Positions 20,178-31,963 of a stretch of DNA of 32,000 nucleotides are shown here, one piece after another (the stretch's first letter is position 1; every line of letters starts with the position of its first letter). Made by a program: the position numbers and the translations under genes. The DNA comes from Magnetococcales bacterium HHB-1 (lineage in GTDB: Bacteria > Pseudomonadota > Magnetococcia > Magnetococcales > JBQGBW01): positions 1 to 32,000 of the forward strand of contig JBQGBW010000022.1 of assembly GCA_052043475.1 (NCBI GenBank), written 5' to 3'. The notes under the pieces were generated by a model. It was not told the origin of the DNA, searched no databases, and worked only from the letters and a program-made list of their open reading frames with translations.

Positions 20178-20205
20178 ATTCTACATTCGACATTTTTTTT
20201 GTCAA
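20178..20205 (-). promoter_or_regulatory. str-operon promoter (TTGACA-N16-TAGAAT)
   Basis: The minus strand reads TTGACA (20200-20205), a 16-nt spacer, then TAGAAT (20178-20183). An AT-rich UP-like tract lies upstream. The promoter is about 55 nt upstream of the rpsL ATG. Confidence 0.65.
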
Positions 20206-20248
20206 TGAATAAAATCCGAAACTTCTATTTTTAACCGAAAACCGCTCC

Positions 20249-20272
20249 AAAATAGCGCCATCGCGCTATTTT
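20249..20272 (-). terminator. hairpin overlapping the rpoC stop codon (weak terminator candidate)
   Basis: AAAATAGCGC (20249-20258), loop CATC, GCGCTATTTT (20263-20272): a perfect 10-bp inverted repeat. If only the GC core pairs, a UUUU tail remains. Confidence 0.4.
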
Positions 20273-23200
20273 TCGACAATTTCAGCGACGCCACCACTGG
20301 CTTGCTGTTGCTTAAACCGCTGTAGGGTCTGACCCGTACCCGCTGGAATAAGCCGCCCGACAATAACATTTTCTTTTAAGCCGGTCAAACGATCAATGCG
20401 TCCAGAGATCGCCGCTTCGGTTAAAACGCGTGTGGTCTCTTGGAATGAGGCCGCCGAAATAAATGATGGCGTTGAGAGTGAGGCTTTCGTAATTCCTAAA
20501 AGCACAGGGTGCGCAATGGCTTCTTTCTTTCCATTTGCACGCGCTTTGCTGTTCTGCTGCTCAAAATAGCGCTTCTCAATCTGCTCTCCGGTCACCAGTG
20601 TGGTATCACCTGGATCGATCACCATCACTTTTTGCAGCATCTGGCGCACAATCACCTCAATGTGCTTATCATTAATCTTCACACCTTGAAGACGATACAC
20701 ATCCTGGATCTCATTTACCATAAATTTACAGAGCGCTTCTAAGCCTAAAACTTTTAAAATCTCTTGAGGTACAGGAGAACCCTCCATCAGAGGCTCACCA
20801 CGGCGCACATAGTCGCCCTCGTTCACCGCCATCTGTTTACCCTTAGGCAGGAAGTACTCCTTCGGTTCACCATCCTCTGGGGTGACGATCACCCGACGCT
20901 TACCTTTGAGGTCTTTACCAAAAGAGACCACACCATCATTTTCAGCAATAATGGCAAACTCTTTCGGTTTTCTCGCCTCAAAGAGTTCAACCACACGGGG
21001 TAGACCACCTGTAATATCACGCGTCTTAGAGCTTTGTCGAGGAATTTTAGCAATAATATCCCCCGCCATCACATGATCTTCCTCATGAACCGTGATCACT
21101 GCGCCCACAGGAAGCAGGTATCGCACCGCCGCTCCATTGGGTAGAACCAACGTATCTCCGGTTATCGGATCTTTCAGTGTCAGACGTGGACGCATATCAC
21201 CACGACCGCCCTGACTCTTCCACTCCACAACCTCTCTTGAGGTCAAACCGGTGGTCTCATCGGTGCTCTCCCTCAACGTCACACCCTCGGTGAGGTCACC
21301 ATACTTAATGACCCCCTCAAGCTCTGTGATAATTGGTGTTGAGAAAGGATCCCACTCCGCGATCATATCCCCTTTACCCGCGACACCGCCATCAGGAATC
21401 ATCAGGCGTGCGCCATAAGGCACCCGATAACGCTCCCGTTCCCGTCCCACAATCTTAGGATCATCACGCTCCTCATGGACCGAAACTTCACCTGAACGAG
21501 AGAGTACTACCAGTTTTTTGTTGCGATCGCCCACCGTGGTCAGGTTATGAAAACGCACCACACCACCATTGAGTGTCTCGATATGGGACTGTTCCACACT
21601 TCTTGATGCAGCCCCTCCGATATGGAATGTGCGCATTGTCAGTTGTGTTCCAGGCTCACCGATACTCTGTGCGGCAATCACACCCACCGCTTCTCCCACA
21701 GTCACTGCAGAGCCCCGTGCGAGATCACGACCATAACAGCGTACACAAACGCCATGTACTGTCTCACAAGTTAGGGGGGAGCGAATACGGATCGACTCCA
21801 CATCGGAAGCTTCCACCCGTTCTGCCAGTTCTTCATCAATCAGTTCGCCCGCTTTAACAATCACCTCTTCGGTGGCTGGATCGATCACATCCGTGAGAGG
21901 CGTTCTTCCTAGGACGCGATCCCCTAACTGCTCCACCACATCATTGCCTTCAACAAGGGCGGTGATGGTTAGGCCGCGATTGGTGCCACAATCATCTTCA
22001 CGAACAATACAGTCCTGTGCCACATCCACCAGACGCCGGGTGAGGTATCCTGAGTTTGCGGTTTTCAGTGCGGTATCCGCCAAACCCTTCCGGGCGCCGT
22101 GGGTGGAGATAAAATATTGAAGAACGGTCAAGCCTTCACGGAAGTTTGCGGTAATCGGTGCCTCAATAATTTCACCGGAGGGTTTCGCCATCAATCCCCG
22201 CATTCCTGCTAACTGCCGCATCTGTGCCGCCGAACCCCTTGCACCAGAGTTGGCCATCATAAAGATTGAGTTAAAGGAGGGCTGGCTCTTCTCGACCTCT
22301 TTACCTTTCTCATCTTTTCTGGAGATTGTTTCTGTGGAGATACTCTCCATCATCTCATCGGCTACCTGCTCCGTGCAGTGCGACCAGATGTCGATCACTT
22401 TATTATATTTTTCACCCTCAGTGATCAAACCTTCAATATATTGCCGCTCAATCTCTTTTACCTTCTCCTGGGAGGCATCCACCAGCGTCTTTTTGGATGC
22501 TGGCACAATCATATCATCTTTACCAAAAGAGATGCCCGCTTTCGCCGCCGAAGAAAATCCGGTGGTCATCAGGCGATCTGCAAAAATAACCGTCGTTTTT
22601 GTGCCACAGATCCGGTAGACATAATCAATCAGTTTTGCGACCTCTTTTTTGGTCAACAACTTATTGATCATTTCAAAAGGTACTTTCTCTGGCAAAATCT
22701 CAGTTAGAAGGATGCGTCCTACGGTGGTTTTAATCCGTTCACCGCGAAAACGGCACTGGATCTCTGCATGCAGTCCTACCGCGCCAGAGTCAAAAGCCTG
22801 CCTTACCTCTAAGGGGGAGGCAAAGATCATCCCTTCACCATCCTCACCGATCCGTTTTGAAGTGATATAGTAGAGTCCTAGAATAATATCCTGTGTCGGC
22901 ACAATAATGGGCTTACCGTTGGCGGGAGAGAGGATATTGTTGGTAGACATCATCAGTACGCGTGCTTCAATCTGTGCTTCTACCGAGAGTGGCACGTGCA
23001 CCGCCATCTGGTCACCATCAAAGTCTGCGTTAAATGCCGTACAGACCAGTGGGTGCAACTGAATTGCCTTACCTTCAATCAGCTTTGGCTCAAAAGCCTG
23101 AATGCCTAAACGGTGCAGGGTTGGTGCCCGGTTCAGCATCACTGGGTGCTCACGAATCACCTCTTCTAAGACATCCCACACCTCTGGACGCTCTTTTTCC

Positions 23201-24408
23201 ACCATCCGTTTGGCCGCTTTAATGGTTGTGGAGTGTCCTCGCTCCTCCAAACGGTTATAGATGAAGGGTTTGAACAGTTCCAGCGCCATTTTCTTAGGCA
23301 GGCCGCACTCATGCAGTTTGAGTTCTGGTCCCACCACAATCACCGAACGACCGGAGTAGTCTACCCGTTTTCCCAGAAGATTTAGACGGAAACGACCCTG
23401 CTTACCCTTAAGCATCTCTGAGAGCGATTTTAAGGGTCTACGGTTGGTTCCTGTGATCACACGACCACGGCGGCCATTATCAAAGAGTGCATCCACAGAC
23501 TCCTGCAGCATCCGCTTTTCATTGCGGATAATGATATCTGGTGCCCGCAGTTCGTGGAGCCTTTTAAGACGATTATTACGATTGATCACCCGGCGATAGA
23601 GATCATTAAGATCAGAAGTGGCAAAACGTCCACCATCCAGAGGCACCAGTGGCCTTAACTCTGGCGGAATTACCGGCACGGTCTCTAGAATCATCCACTC
23701 AGGCCGATTGCCTGATTCAATGAGAACTTCCAGCGTTGACAGACGTTTGATTACCTTTTTACGCCGAGCCTCTGATTTGGTCTCTTCAAGTTCCTCACGT
23801 AGGTTTTGAATTTCGCTGTGCAGATCCAGTTCTGAGAGCATATCACGGATTGCTTCGGCACCAATCCCTACCTGGAATTCATCACCATACTCATCCAGTA
23901 GTTGATTATAGCGATCCTCTGTAAGCAACTCCCCTTTACGCAAAGGGGTCATGCCTGGATCCATCACTACAAAGTTCTCAAAGTAGAGAACCCGCTCCAG
24001 ATCCTTTAAGGTCATATCGAGAAGTAGACCAATGCGACTGGGTAGCGACTTTAGAAACCAGATGTGCGCGACTGGTGAGGCGAGTTCAATATGCCCCATC
24101 CGCTCACGGCGCACCTTCGATTGGATCACCTCCACGCCACACTTTTCACACACCACACCACGGTGCTTCAGTCGCTTATATTTACCACAAAGACACTCAT
24201 AATCTTTGACTGGACCAAAAATTTTTGCACAGAAAAGACCGTCGCGTTCCGGCTTAAAGGTACGATAATTGATTGTTTCAGGCTTTTTTACTTCACCAAA
24301 AGACCAGGAACGAATTTTATCCGGTGAAGCAATGGAGATACGAATACCATCAAAATTTTGTCCCAGAACGGGTCGAAAGAAGAGCTTGAATAGATTCTGA
24401 TGCACCAC
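20266..24408 (-). CDS. rpoC: DNA-directed RNA polymerase subunit beta'
   Basis: 1380 aa, with a GTG start and GGGGA 7 nt upstream. It contains the zinc motif '[20 protein letters not shown]' and the catalytic '[12 protein letters not shown]'. It appears collinear with E. coli RpoC as I recall that sequence. Confidence 0.99.
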   Translation of the reverse strand: MVHQNLFKLFFRPVLGQNFDGIRISIASPDKIRSWSFGEVKKPETINYRTFKPERDGLFCAKIFGPVKDYECLCGKYKRLKHRGVVCEKCGVEVIQSKVRRERMGHIELASPVAHIWFLKSLPSRIGLLLDMTLKDLERVLYFENFVVMDPGMTPLRKGELLTEDRYNQLLDEYGDEFQVGIGAEAIRDMLSELDLHSEIQNLREELEETKSEARRKKVIKRLSTLEVLIESGNRPEWMILETVPVIPPELRPLVPLDGGRFATSDLNDLYRRVINRNNRLKRLHELRAPDIIIRNEKRMLQESVDALFDNGRRGRVITGTNRRPLKSLSEMLKGKQGRFRLNLLGKRVDYSGRSVIVVGPELKLHECGLPKKMALELFKPFIYNRLEERGHSTTIKAAKRMVEKERPEVWDVLEEVIREHPVMLNRAPTLHRLGIQAFEPKLIEGKAIQLHPLVCTAFNADFDGDQMAVHVPLSVEAQIEARVLMMSTNNILSPANGKPIIVPTQDIILGLYYITSKRIGEDGEGMIFASPLEVRQAFDSGAVGLHAEIQCRFRGERIKTTVGRILLTEILPEKVPFEMINKLLTKKEVAKLIDYVYRICGTKTTVIFADRLMTTGFSSAAKAGISFGKDDMIVPASKKTLVDASQEKVKEIERQYIEGLITEGEKYNKVIDIWSHCTEQVADEMMESISTETISRKDEKGKEVEKSQPSFNSIFMMANSGARGSAAQMRQLAGMRGLMAKPSGEIIEAPITANFREGLTVLQYFISTHGARKGLADTALKTANSGYLTRRLVDVAQDCIVREDDCGTNRGLTITALVEGNDVVEQLGDRVLGRTPLTDVIDPATEEVIVKAGELIDEELAERVEASDVESIRIRSPLTCETVHGVCVRCYGRDLARGSAVTVGEAVGVIAAQSIGEPGTQLTMRTFHIGGAASRSVEQSHIETLNGGVVRFHNLTTVGDRNKKLVVLSRSGEVSVHEERDDPKIVGRERERYRVPYGARLMIPDGGVAGKGDMIAEWDPFSTPIITELEGVIKYGDLTEGVTLRESTDETTGLTSREVVEWKSQGGRGDMRPRLTLKDPITGDTLVLPNGAAVRYLLPVGAVITVHEEDHVMAGDIIAKIPRQSSKTRDITGGLPRVVELFEARKPKEFAIIAENDGVVSFGKDLKGKRRVIVTPEDGEPKEYFLPKGKQMAVNEGDYVRRGEPLMEGSPVPQEILKVLGLEALCKFMVNEIQDVYRLQGVKINDKHIEVIVRQMLQKVMVIDPGDTTLVTGEQIEKRYFEQQNSKARANGKKEAIAHPVLLGITKASLSTPSFISAASFQETTRVLTEAAISGRIDRLTGLKENVIVGRLIPAGTGQTLQRFKQQQASGGVAEIVEK

Positions 24409-24450
24409 AATACGTTCCCCATTAAATCAGAAAAGAGGATGACGATTCAT

Positions 24451-24485
24451 AAAAGATCCGACTTTAAAAGGTCGTCGGATCTTTT
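24451..24485 (-). promoter_or_regulatory. perfect 12-bp inverted repeat in the rpoB-rpoC spacer
   Basis: AAAAGATCCGAC (24451-24462), an 11-nt loop, GTCGGATCTTTT (24474-24485). On the minus-strand RNA the core GAUCCGAC/GUCGGAUC helix is followed by UUUUAU. Confidence 0.55.
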
Positions 24486-24523
24486 GGGAAAATTTAACTC
24501 AAAGAGCGATGATAGATTGAAAT

Positions 24524-27500
24524 CTATCCCTTCACCTCTTCGACTTCGGAAGCATTACGATAATCGATCCGTTGCAACTCCACATCCAGTGCCAGCGATT
24601 GTAACTCTTTCACCAACACATTGAAGGATTCAGGAATGCCTGCTTCAAAGGTATCATCTCCTTTGACAATCGACTCATAAATTTTAGTACGGCCTGCCAC
24701 ATCGTCGGATTTAACGGTCAGCATCTCTTGCAGCGTGTAGGCGGCGCCATAAGCCTCTAATGCCCACACCTCCATCTCACCAAACCGCTGACCACCAAAC
24801 TGTGCCTTACCACCCAGAGGTTGTTGCGTGACTAAGGAGTAAGGGCCGATAGAACGCGCATGGATTTTATCATCCACCAGATGGTGCAGTTTTAAGATAT
24901 AGATGTAACCCACAGTCACCGGACGATCAAAGTAGTCTCCCGTGCGGCCATCAATCAAGCGTACCTGTCCTGAGTCTGGTAAACCTGCTTTTCTTAGCCA
25001 ACCCACAATGCGCTCTTCATCGGCGCCATCAAAGACCGGTGTTGCCGCAGGAACGCCATAGCGCAGATTTTTAGAGAGTGTCACCACTTCATCATCGTTC
25101 AGTGCGGATACCCCCTCATTTTGATCAGGGCTATCGTAGATATCGAGCAGTTTATCCCGCAGAATATCCACATCCTTCTCTTCCGGTTTCTGGCGACGAT
25201 AGGTCTCATAGAGTTCACCAATCTGGTGGCCAAGTTCTTTACCTGCCCAACCCAGATGGGTCTCTAAGATCTGTCCCACATTCATACGTGAGGGCACACC
25301 TAGAGGATTTAATACAATATCCACCGGTTCGCCATTCTCTAAGTGGGGCATATCTTCCATGGGATTAATTTTAGAGATGACACCTTTATTCCCATGGCGT
25401 CCTGCCATCTTATCTCCTGGTTGCAGTTTACGCTTAACCGCAATATAGACCTTAACCATCTTAAGAACGCCAGGGGGGAGATCATCGCCGCGTTCCAGTT
25501 TTTCAACCTTGCTGTCAAAGCGTTTTTGTAGGCGCTGACCCGCTTTATGGATCTCCTCACGGATGCCTTCGATCTGTGCTGCGACCATGTCATCTTCGAG
25601 CATGATCTCATAGAGGCGGTTCATTGAGACGCGGTTAAGATAGGATTCGGTGAGAAAATCGCCACCCTGCAATCCAGGTGCAGAGACCACCTCCTGTCCG
25701 ACCAGAAGTTTTCTGATGCGCTCTTCGGCATCCTGCTCAATGATGCGCCTTTCTGCGACCATATCCTTACGCAGATGCGCAATCTCCTCTTGATCGATCT
25801 TTTTCGCCCGATCATCTTTTTCTAAACCACGGCGAGAGAAGACTCTCACATCCACCACTGTTCCGACCACACCAGGGGGTAGGCGTAGGGAGGTGTCACG
25901 AACATCGGAGGCTTTTTCACCAAAGATTGCCCTTAAGAGTTTCTCTTCCGGTGTCAGTTGGGTCTCCCCTTTAGGGGTGACTTTACCTACCAGGATATCC
26001 CCAGGTTTCACCTCAGCGCCCACATAGATAATGCCTGACTCATCCAGATGACTTAAGGCATCTTCACCCACATTGGGCATATCCCGGGTGATCTCCTCCG
26101 GTCCCAGTTTGGTATCCCGTGCCATCACCTCAAATTCATCAATATGGATTGAGGTAAAGATATCATCCCACACCAGGCGCTCAGAAATTAGAATGGAGTC
26201 CTCAAAGTTATATCCATTCCAGGGCATAAAGGCGACCAGTACATTCCGACCTAAAGCCAACTCACCCCACTGGGTTGAAGGTCCATCGGCAACAATGTCC
26301 CCTTTCTTAACCCGTTCATTGGTTTTTACCAGAGGAACCTGGTTGATACAGGTGTTTTGGTTCGAGCGGGAAAACTTGGTCAGGTTATAGATATCCACGC
26401 CTGGCTCTGTGGAACCTGGCTCCTGATCAGCCTTCACCACAATGCGTGAAGCATCCACCTCCTCAACAACACCTGAACGGCGTACCACAATGGTTACACC
26501 AGAGTCTCGTGCCACCACGGACTCCATTCCCGTACCCACCAAAGGGGCATCGGTTTTAATCAGAGGTACAGCCTGACGCTGCATGTTCGAGCCCATCAGG
26601 GCGCGGTTGGCGTCATCGTTTTCTAAGAAGGGAATCAAGGAGGCTGCCACAGAGACAATCTGTTTTGGCGAAACATCCATATACTCGATGCGCTCTGGTG
26701 TGGATACCGCAAACTCCAGTTTGTGGCGACAGGGAATCAGTTCACCGGTGATCGTTCCTTCTTCATCCAGAGCCACATTGGCCTGGGCGACCACATAGTT
26801 CTCCTCCTCAATGGCGGAGAGGTAGTTCACTTCATCGGTTACCTGGGCTTCTTCAACGCGGCGGTAGGGGCTTTCGATAAAACCAAAGCTGTTGATTCTT
26901 GCATAGGTGGAAAGGCTATTAATCAAGCCGATGTTCGGCCCCTCAGGGGTCTCAATCGGACAGATTCGACCATAGTGGGTTGGGTGAACGTCCCGAACCT
27001 CAAAGCCTGCTCTCTCCCGGGTCATACCACCTGGTCCCAATGAGGAGAGCCTTCTTTTATGGGTGATCTCAGAGAGTGGATTGGTTTGATCCATAAACTG
27101 AGAGAGCTGACTGGAGCCAAAAAATTCTCTTACCACCGCTGAGAATGGTTTTGAGTTCATGATATCGTGGGGCATCAGTTGCTCTGGGTCCATGGAGGAC
27201 ATCCGCTCACGGATTGCGCGCTCCATACGTACCAGACCAACACGTACCTGGTTTTTCAGCAGTTCGCCAACAGAGCGCACACGACGATTTCCTAGATGGT
27301 CGATATCATCAATCTTCTCATGACCATCTTTCAGCTTTAAGAGGATCTCAACAACCCCTAAAATATCCTCTTTACGTAGAACGCGCTCAGAGAGTTCGCA
27401 CTCTACGCCAAGACGCTTATTCATCTTTAAGCGTCCCACCGAAGAGAGATCATAGCGATCCGAGTTAAAAAAGAGATTATTAAAGAGTGCGTGTGCAGCC

Positions 27501-28660
27501 TCCACCGTTGCGGGTTCGCCCGGTCGCATCATGCGATGAATATCGAGCAGCGCATCTTCGGTGGTAATATTCTTATCAAAGTTGAGTGTATTGCGCAGAT
27601 AGGGGCCAACATTTACCCCATCAATATAGAGGGTCTCAACAGAGGTTAATCCCACATCCTCGAAGAGGTCCAGCATCTCTTCGGTAATCTCAGCGCCAGC
27701 CGAGGCCAGTTGCTCACCACTAAAATCAAACAGATCATCGGCAATAAAACGCCCAATCAGATCTTCAGCAGGGATCTGAATCCACTCCAAGCCCATATCT
27801 GTGAGCTTGCGCAGAGCGCGCCGGGTAATCTTCCGTTTGGCCTTAATCAGTTCTTCACCCGTATGAGGATCGACGATGGCGTAGTTCAGACGACTACCAA
27901 TCAGACGTTCTGGATGAAGCTCTTTCTCCCACAGAAGGCCCTCTTTACGAAATTTCTCTACCTGATAAAAGCGGTTGAGAATCTCAGGGGCTGACATCCC
28001 TAAAGCGCGCAGAAGGGTGGTTACCGGCAGTTTGCGTCGGCGGTCGATACGGGTGTAGAGAAGATCTTTGGGATCAAATTCAAAGTCGAGCCAGGAGCCC
28101 CGGTAGGGGATCACCCTTGCTGAGAAGAGCAGCTTTCCTGTGCTGTGGGTTTTACCCCGGTCATGATCAAAAAAGACGCCGGGAGAGCGGTGCATCTGAC
28201 TGACGATCACACGCTCGGTACCATTAATAATAAAAGTACCGGTATCGGTCATCAGGGGCATTTCGCCCAGATAGACATCCTGCTCCTTAACCTCTTGGAT
28301 CGATTTTGTATTCAGCTCTTCGTTCTCTTCCCAGATTACCAGGCGGAAGGTCACTTTCAGCGGTGCAGAAAAGGTCATGCCTCGTTGGAGACACTCCTCC
28401 TTCTCATATTTGGGCTCACCAAGCTGATAATCGATATACTCTAAACTGATTGTGCCAGAATAGTCTTCAATCGGGAAAACAGATGTAAAAACACCATGCA
28501 GCCCTAACTCCCCGCGCAACTCGGGGTTCTCTTCTTCTGGCTCAAGAAAGCGTTGAAAGGACTCCTTTTGAACCGAAATCAAATTAGGAATTTCAATGAT
28601 CGGGGGGATTCTGCCGAAATTCTTACGCAGCCGCTGTTTCTCGGTAAAAGTGAGCGCCAT
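24524..28660 (-). CDS. rpoB: DNA-directed RNA polymerase subunit beta
   Basis: 1378 aa, with AGGAGG upstream of the ATG. It contains '[27 protein letters not shown]', a rifampicin-cluster-like region '[27 protein letters not shown]', and 'NMQRQAVPL'. Confidence 0.99.
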   Translation of the reverse strand: MALTFTEKQRLRKNFGRIPPIIEIPNLISVQKESFQRFLEPEEENPELRGELGLHGVFTSVFPIEDYSGTISLEYIDYQLGEPKYEKEECLQRGMTFSAPLKVTFRLVIWEENEELNTKSIQEVKEQDVYLGEMPLMTDTGTFIINGTERVIVSQMHRSPGVFFDHDRGKTHSTGKLLFSARVIPYRGSWLDFEFDPKDLLYTRIDRRRKLPVTTLLRALGMSAPEILNRFYQVEKFRKEGLLWEKELHPERLIGSRLNYAIVDPHTGEELIKAKRKITRRALRKLTDMGLEWIQIPAEDLIGRFIADDLFDFSGEQLASAGAEITEEMLDLFEDVGLTSVETLYIDGVNVGPYLRNTLNFDKNITTEDALLDIHRMMRPGEPATVEAAHALFNNLFFNSDRYDLSSVGRLKMNKRLGVECELSERVLRKEDILGVVEILLKLKDGHEKIDDIDHLGNRRVRSVGELLKNQVRVGLVRMERAIRERMSSMDPEQLMPHDIMNSKPFSAVVREFFGSSQLSQFMDQTNPLSEITHKRRLSSLGPGGMTRERAGFEVRDVHPTHYGRICPIETPEGPNIGLINSLSTYARINSFGFIESPYRRVEEAQVTDEVNYLSAIEEENYVVAQANVALDEEGTITGELIPCRHKLEFAVSTPERIEYMDVSPKQIVSVAASLIPFLENDDANRALMGSNMQRQAVPLIKTDAPLVGTGMESVVARDSGVTIVVRRSGVVEEVDASRIVVKADQEPGSTEPGVDIYNLTKFSRSNQNTCINQVPLVKTNERVKKGDIVADGPSTQWGELALGRNVLVAFMPWNGYNFEDSILISERLVWDDIFTSIHIDEFEVMARDTKLGPEEITRDMPNVGEDALSHLDESGIIYVGAEVKPGDILVGKVTPKGETQLTPEEKLLRAIFGEKASDVRDTSLRLPPGVVGTVVDVRVFSRRGLEKDDRAKKIDQEEIAHLRKDMVAERRIIEQDAEERIRKLLVGQEVVSAPGLQGGDFLTESYLNRVSMNRLYEIMLEDDMVAAQIEGIREEIHKAGQRLQKRFDSKVEKLERGDDLPPGVLKMVKVYIAVKRKLQPGDKMAGRHGNKGVISKINPMEDMPHLENGEPVDIVLNPLGVPSRMNVGQILETHLGWAGKELGHQIGELYETYRRQKPEEKDVDILRDKLLDIYDSPDQNEGVSALNDDEVVTLSKNLRYGVPAATPVFDGADEERIVGWLRKAGLPDSGQVRLIDGRTGDYFDRPVTVGYIYILKLHHLVDDKIHARSIGPYSLVTQQPLGGKAQFGGQRFGEMEVWALEAYGAAYTLQEMLTVKSDDVAGRTKIYESIVKGDDTFEAGIPESFNVLVKELQSLALDVELQRIDYRNASEVEEVKG

Positions 28661-28794
28661 CGGGCCTCCTTCTGCATCACCGGTGAAAGAATGCTAATGT
28701 TTGCAAACTTCTTATAGAAGCCGTCAAAGCATTAATTGCTTCGACTGAACGATTCATTAAATCAGATAATAAAATACAGTAAAAATAAGCTCAA

Positions 28795-28830
28795 GCAAAG
28801 AAAACTGGAGAAAGGCGCGCCTCTCTCCAG
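28795..28830 (-). terminator. rplL-rpoB intergenic attenuator/terminator hairpin
   Basis: The minus-strand RNA reads CUGGAGAGAGGC-GC-GCCUUUCUCCAG, a stem of about 11 bp (plus coordinates 28805-28830), followed by UUUUCUUUGC. It lies 75 nt after the rplL stop and about 135 nt before rpoB. Confidence 0.7.
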
Positions 28831-28904
28831 TATCTTCTTAAATCTATTCACCTAAAGCCTTAAAGATGACTCTTGAAAAGCGCTAGGTTTTGATGCTTAA
28901 GGTC

Positions 28905-29285
28905 TTATTTTAATTCAACCTTGGCACCAACTTTCTCAAGCTCTTCCTTGAACTTCTCAGCATCCTCTTTAGAGACACCCTCTTTAACCGGAGCGGGTGC
29001 GCTCTCGACTAAGTTTTTGGCATCTTTGAGGCCAAGACCGGTGATGGCGCGTACGGCTTTAATCACATGGATTTTCTTGGCGCCTGCTTCAGCGAGGATC
29101 ACATCAAATTCTGTTTTCTCCTCAGCGGCGGCCTCTTCGCCACCACCGCCACCGACTGCAGCAACGGCTACGGGGGCTGCGGCTGAAACACCAAACTTCT
29201 CTTCCATGGCTTTAACCAGATCAGCCAGTTCGGTCACTTTCATTTTGCCAATGGCATCAACAAAATCGTCTATAGACATTCCCAT
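28905..29285 (-). CDS. rplL: 50S ribosomal protein L7/L12
   Basis: 126 aa. '[43 protein letters not shown]' is near-identical to E. coli L7/L12. Confidence 0.98.
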   Translation of the reverse strand: MGMSIDDFVDAIGKMKVTELADLVKAMEEKFGVSAAAPVAVAAVGGGGGEEAAAEEKTEFDVILAEAGAKKIHVIKAVRAITGLGLKDAKNLVESAPAPVKEGVSKEDAEKFKEELEKVGAKVELK

Positions 29286-29353
29286 GTCTGTCGTCCTTTT
29301 ATAAAATTCTGCACGTCAATAGAGTAATTCAAGCCAAGCGAATAGATAAAATT

Positions 29354-29881
29354 TTATGCTTCGCCCGCTTCTTCTTTTTGTTGGCGGATCTGATCGAGTA
29401 CACGAACGAAACCACCAGGTATTGCTGCAAGCGTTCCCACAAAATTTTGTACAGGCGCTTGCATGGTTCCCATCAATTTGGCCAGCAGTTCTTCGCGTGA
29501 AGGCAGCTTGGAGAGCTTGATCACATCTTCTGTGGTCAGCACATCGCCATCAAGGACGCCACCAAGAATAACCAGTTTATCATTCTCTTTGGCATACTTG
29601 CTCAATACCCGGGCGGGGGCCGCGGGGTCTTCGGAGAGAGCAATACCTGTGGGACCGTTTAAAAACTGTCCCATCGGTTCAAATTCGCTACCTTTGATCG
29701 CCCGGCGTGTCAAGGTATTCTTGACCACCTTAAACCAGACATCCTCCTGGCGCATCTGCTTACGGAGTTCGTTCATCTCCATCACCGTAAGCCCACGATA
29801 GTGCGCCACAATCGCAACTTGAGCGCCTTTGAGATGCGCTTTCACCTCATCGATCGCTTCACTTTTTTGGCTTCTATTCAC
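29354..29881 (-). CDS. rplJ: 50S ribosomal protein L10
   Basis: I placed the start at GTG 29881 ((M)NRSQKSEAIDEV...) with AGGAGG 9 nt upstream. The track ATG at 29911 would translate through that Shine-Dalgarno sequence. It contains 'VAHYRGLTVMEMNELRKQMR'. Confidence 0.93.
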   Translation of the reverse strand: MNRSQKSEAIDEVKAHLKGAQVAIVAHYRGLTVMEMNELRKQMRQEDVWFKVVKNTLTRRAIKGSEFEPMGQFLNGPTGIALSEDPAAPARVLSKYAKENDKLVILGGVLDGDVLTTEDVIKLSKLPSREELLAKLMGTMQAPVQNFVGTLAAIPGGFVRVLDQIRQQKEEAGEA

Positions 29882-29971
29882 AAAAGCGCGCCTCCTAAAT
29901 AGAGCGTCCAAAAAAAACGGACCATCTCCAAACCAAAAGGAGTTCTGCGTGCAGAGTTCCCTTTAGTCTCG

Positions 29972-30005
29972 GCGGGAAAATTAAGGAAAAGGATCTTCCT
30001 CCCGC
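29972..30005 (-). promoter_or_regulatory. structured element in the rplJ leader (two stacked helices with an asymmetric internal loop)
   Basis: GCGGGA (29972-29977) pairs with TCCCGC (30000-30005), and the inner GGAA (29985-29988) pairs with TTCC (29996-29999). A 7-nt one-sided internal loop separates the helices. The element lies about 90-125 nt upstream of the rplJ start. Confidence 0.35.
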
Positions 30006-30095
30006 TGTCTTGGACAAATTTTACTAAAAATCAAGATAAATCTCGCTCTTTATAAACAAAATGATCAATAAAGAGCATGGATATATAAGGTATGA

Positions 30096-30785
30096 TTACA
30101 CCGCTTTGGCGTCTACGCGGATTCCTGGCCCCATTGTAGAACTGATGTCCACACGGCGAACATAGAGTCCTTTAACCGCAGCGGGTTTCATTTTTCGCAG
30201 TTTTTTCATCAGAGCTTCGGCATTTTCGCTCAACTGCTCTTTACTGAAGGAGCGCTTACCAATGCCTGCGTGGATAATACCATTTTTCTCCACACGGAAA
30301 GCCACCTGACCTGCTTTAATCTCACCGACAACACGTTTGACATCGAAGGTGACCGTGCCCAGTTTAGGGTTAGGCATCAAGCCTCTTGGTCCTAAAATTC
30401 GACCCAGGCGGCCCACCTGACCCATCATATCCGGGCAAGCGACCACACGATCAAAGTCTAACCATCCGCCCTGAATTTTTTCTACCAGATCCGCAGCGCC
30501 AACATAATCGGCGCCGGCTTCTTCGGCTTCAGCGACCTTATCACCCTGGGCGAAGACCAAAACGCGAACGCTTTTACCTGTACCATGAGGTAGGGAGACG
30601 GAACCGCGAACCATTTGATCGGCATGTCTGGGATCAACGCCTAATCCAACCGCAATTTCAACGGTTTCATCAAACTTGGCGGCTGGAACTTTCAACAGCT
30701 CTTCAAAGGCATCACTAAATGAGCCATGCACGGCGCCGCTTAAGATGTCGTCGATCTGTTTCTGCCGTTTGCTACGACGCGCCAT
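30096..30785 (-). CDS. rplA: 50S ribosomal protein L1
   Basis: I placed the start at ATG 30785 ([10 protein letters not shown]...) with AGGAGAGAG 8 nt upstream; the track start at 30815 overlaps the end of rplK. It contains '[23 protein letters not shown]'. Confidence 0.96.
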   Translation of the reverse strand: MARRSKRQKQIDDILSGAVHGSFSDAFEELLKVPAAKFDETVEIAVGLGVDPRHADQMVRGSVSLPHGTGKSVRVLVFAQGDKVAEAEEAGADYVGAADLVEKIQGGWLDFDRVVACPDMMGQVGRLGRILGPRGLMPNPKLGTVTFDVKRVVGEIKAGQVAFRVEKNGIIHAGIGKRSFSKEQLSENAEALMKKLRKMKPAAVKGLYVRRVDISSTMGPGIRVDAKAV

Positions 30786-30798
30786 TGTATTCTCTCTC

Positions 30799-31230
30799 CT
30801 AGTCAGTAACTTCAAACCCCATGGAACGTGCAGAGCCGGCGATAATTTTTTTTGCGCCTTCGATGTCTGCGGCGTTCAGGTCAACCATTTTCTGGTTTGC
30901 AATCTCTTCAACCTGTGTCCAGGTTACCGTTCCGGTATATCCGCCACGTCCTGGTGTGGAAGAGCCTTTATCCTTACCTGCGGCTTTTTTAAGATAGTAG
31001 CTTGCAGGGGGTGTTTTCATTTCGAAAGTAAAAGACCGATCCTGGAATACTGTAATCACCACAGGTATTGGCGTACCAGGCTCCATCTTTTGCGTCCGCG
31101 CATTAAAAGCCTTACAAAACTCCATGATGTTCAAACCGTGCTGACCCAAAGCCGGTCCCACTGGAGGACTTGGCTTTGCAGCACCAGCAGGAACCGCAAG
31201 CTTGATATAGGCCGTGATGTTTTTTGCCAT
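30799..31230 (-). CDS. rplK: 50S ribosomal protein L11
   Basis: 143 aa, containing '[29 protein letters not shown]'. Confidence 0.98.
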   Translation of the reverse strand: MAKNITAYIKLAVPAGAAKPSPPVGPALGQHGLNIMEFCKAFNARTQKMEPGTPIPVVITVFQDRSFTFEMKTPPASYYLKKAAGKDKGSSTPGRGGYTGTVTWTQVEEIANQKMVDLNAADIEGAKKIIAGSARSMGFEVTD

Positions 31231-31432
31231 TTCCTTCTCCCTGGCATACCCGAATCGCCAGTTCTTTCACTTAAAATAGAGCGATAAAAATCTAAGAGCA
31301 GATAGGCTCTTGAAAGAAGCGCTTAAAAAAATATTTTTGCCGTTAAACGCCAAAAATAGCTCATACCATATCTCTCTCTTTAATGTTTAAAATTTTAAAG
31401 AGATGCAAAGATAGGGGAGTATGCCGCAATTT

Positions 31433-31963
31433 TTAGAGTTTTTCAACCTGGATAAAATCAAGTTCAACAGGCGTGGCCCGACCAAAAATACTTACGGAGA
31501 CCTTCAATCGGGTTTTATCTTCGTCCACATCTTCGACAATGCCGTTAAATGAAACAAAAGGTCCATCGATCACGCGTACATCCTCTCCAACAGAGAATGA
31601 CACTTTTGGTTTAGGCTTCTCCGTGCCCCCTTCAACCTGATTTAAGACCGCACGCACCTCACGTTCATGCAGCGGTTGTGGTTTGCCGCCACCGCCAAGA
31701 AAACCGGAAACTTTCGGAACCGCATTCACCATATGCCATGTCTGGTCGTTCAACTCCATACGTACAAGAACATAGCCTGGAAAAAATTTTCTCTCCGAGG
31801 TGATTTTCTTACCCTGACGCAGCTCGACAACCTCTTCAGAAGGTACAAGAATCTCACCAAAAAGATGAGAGGTTCCGGTCAAACGGATACGCTCTTCAAG
31901 CGCCAATTTAACTTTTTTCTCAAACCCTGAGTAGGCGTGAATAACATACCATTTCTTGGCCAT
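31433..31963 (-). CDS. nusG: transcription termination/antitermination factor NusG
   Basis: 176 aa. The NGN domain has 'KWYVIHAYSGFEKKV' and the KOW domain has 'GEDVRVIDGPFVSFNGIVEDV'. The gene lies upstream of rplK. Confidence 0.97.
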   Translation of the reverse strand: MAKKWYVIHAYSGFEKKVKLALEERIRLTGTSHLFGEILVPSEEVVELRQGKKITSERKFFPGYVLVRMELNDQTWHMVNAVPKVSGFLGGGGKPQPLHEREVRAVLNQVEGGTEKPKPKVSFSVGEDVRVIDGPFVSFNGIVEDVDEDKTRLKVSVSIFGRATPVELDFIQVEKL

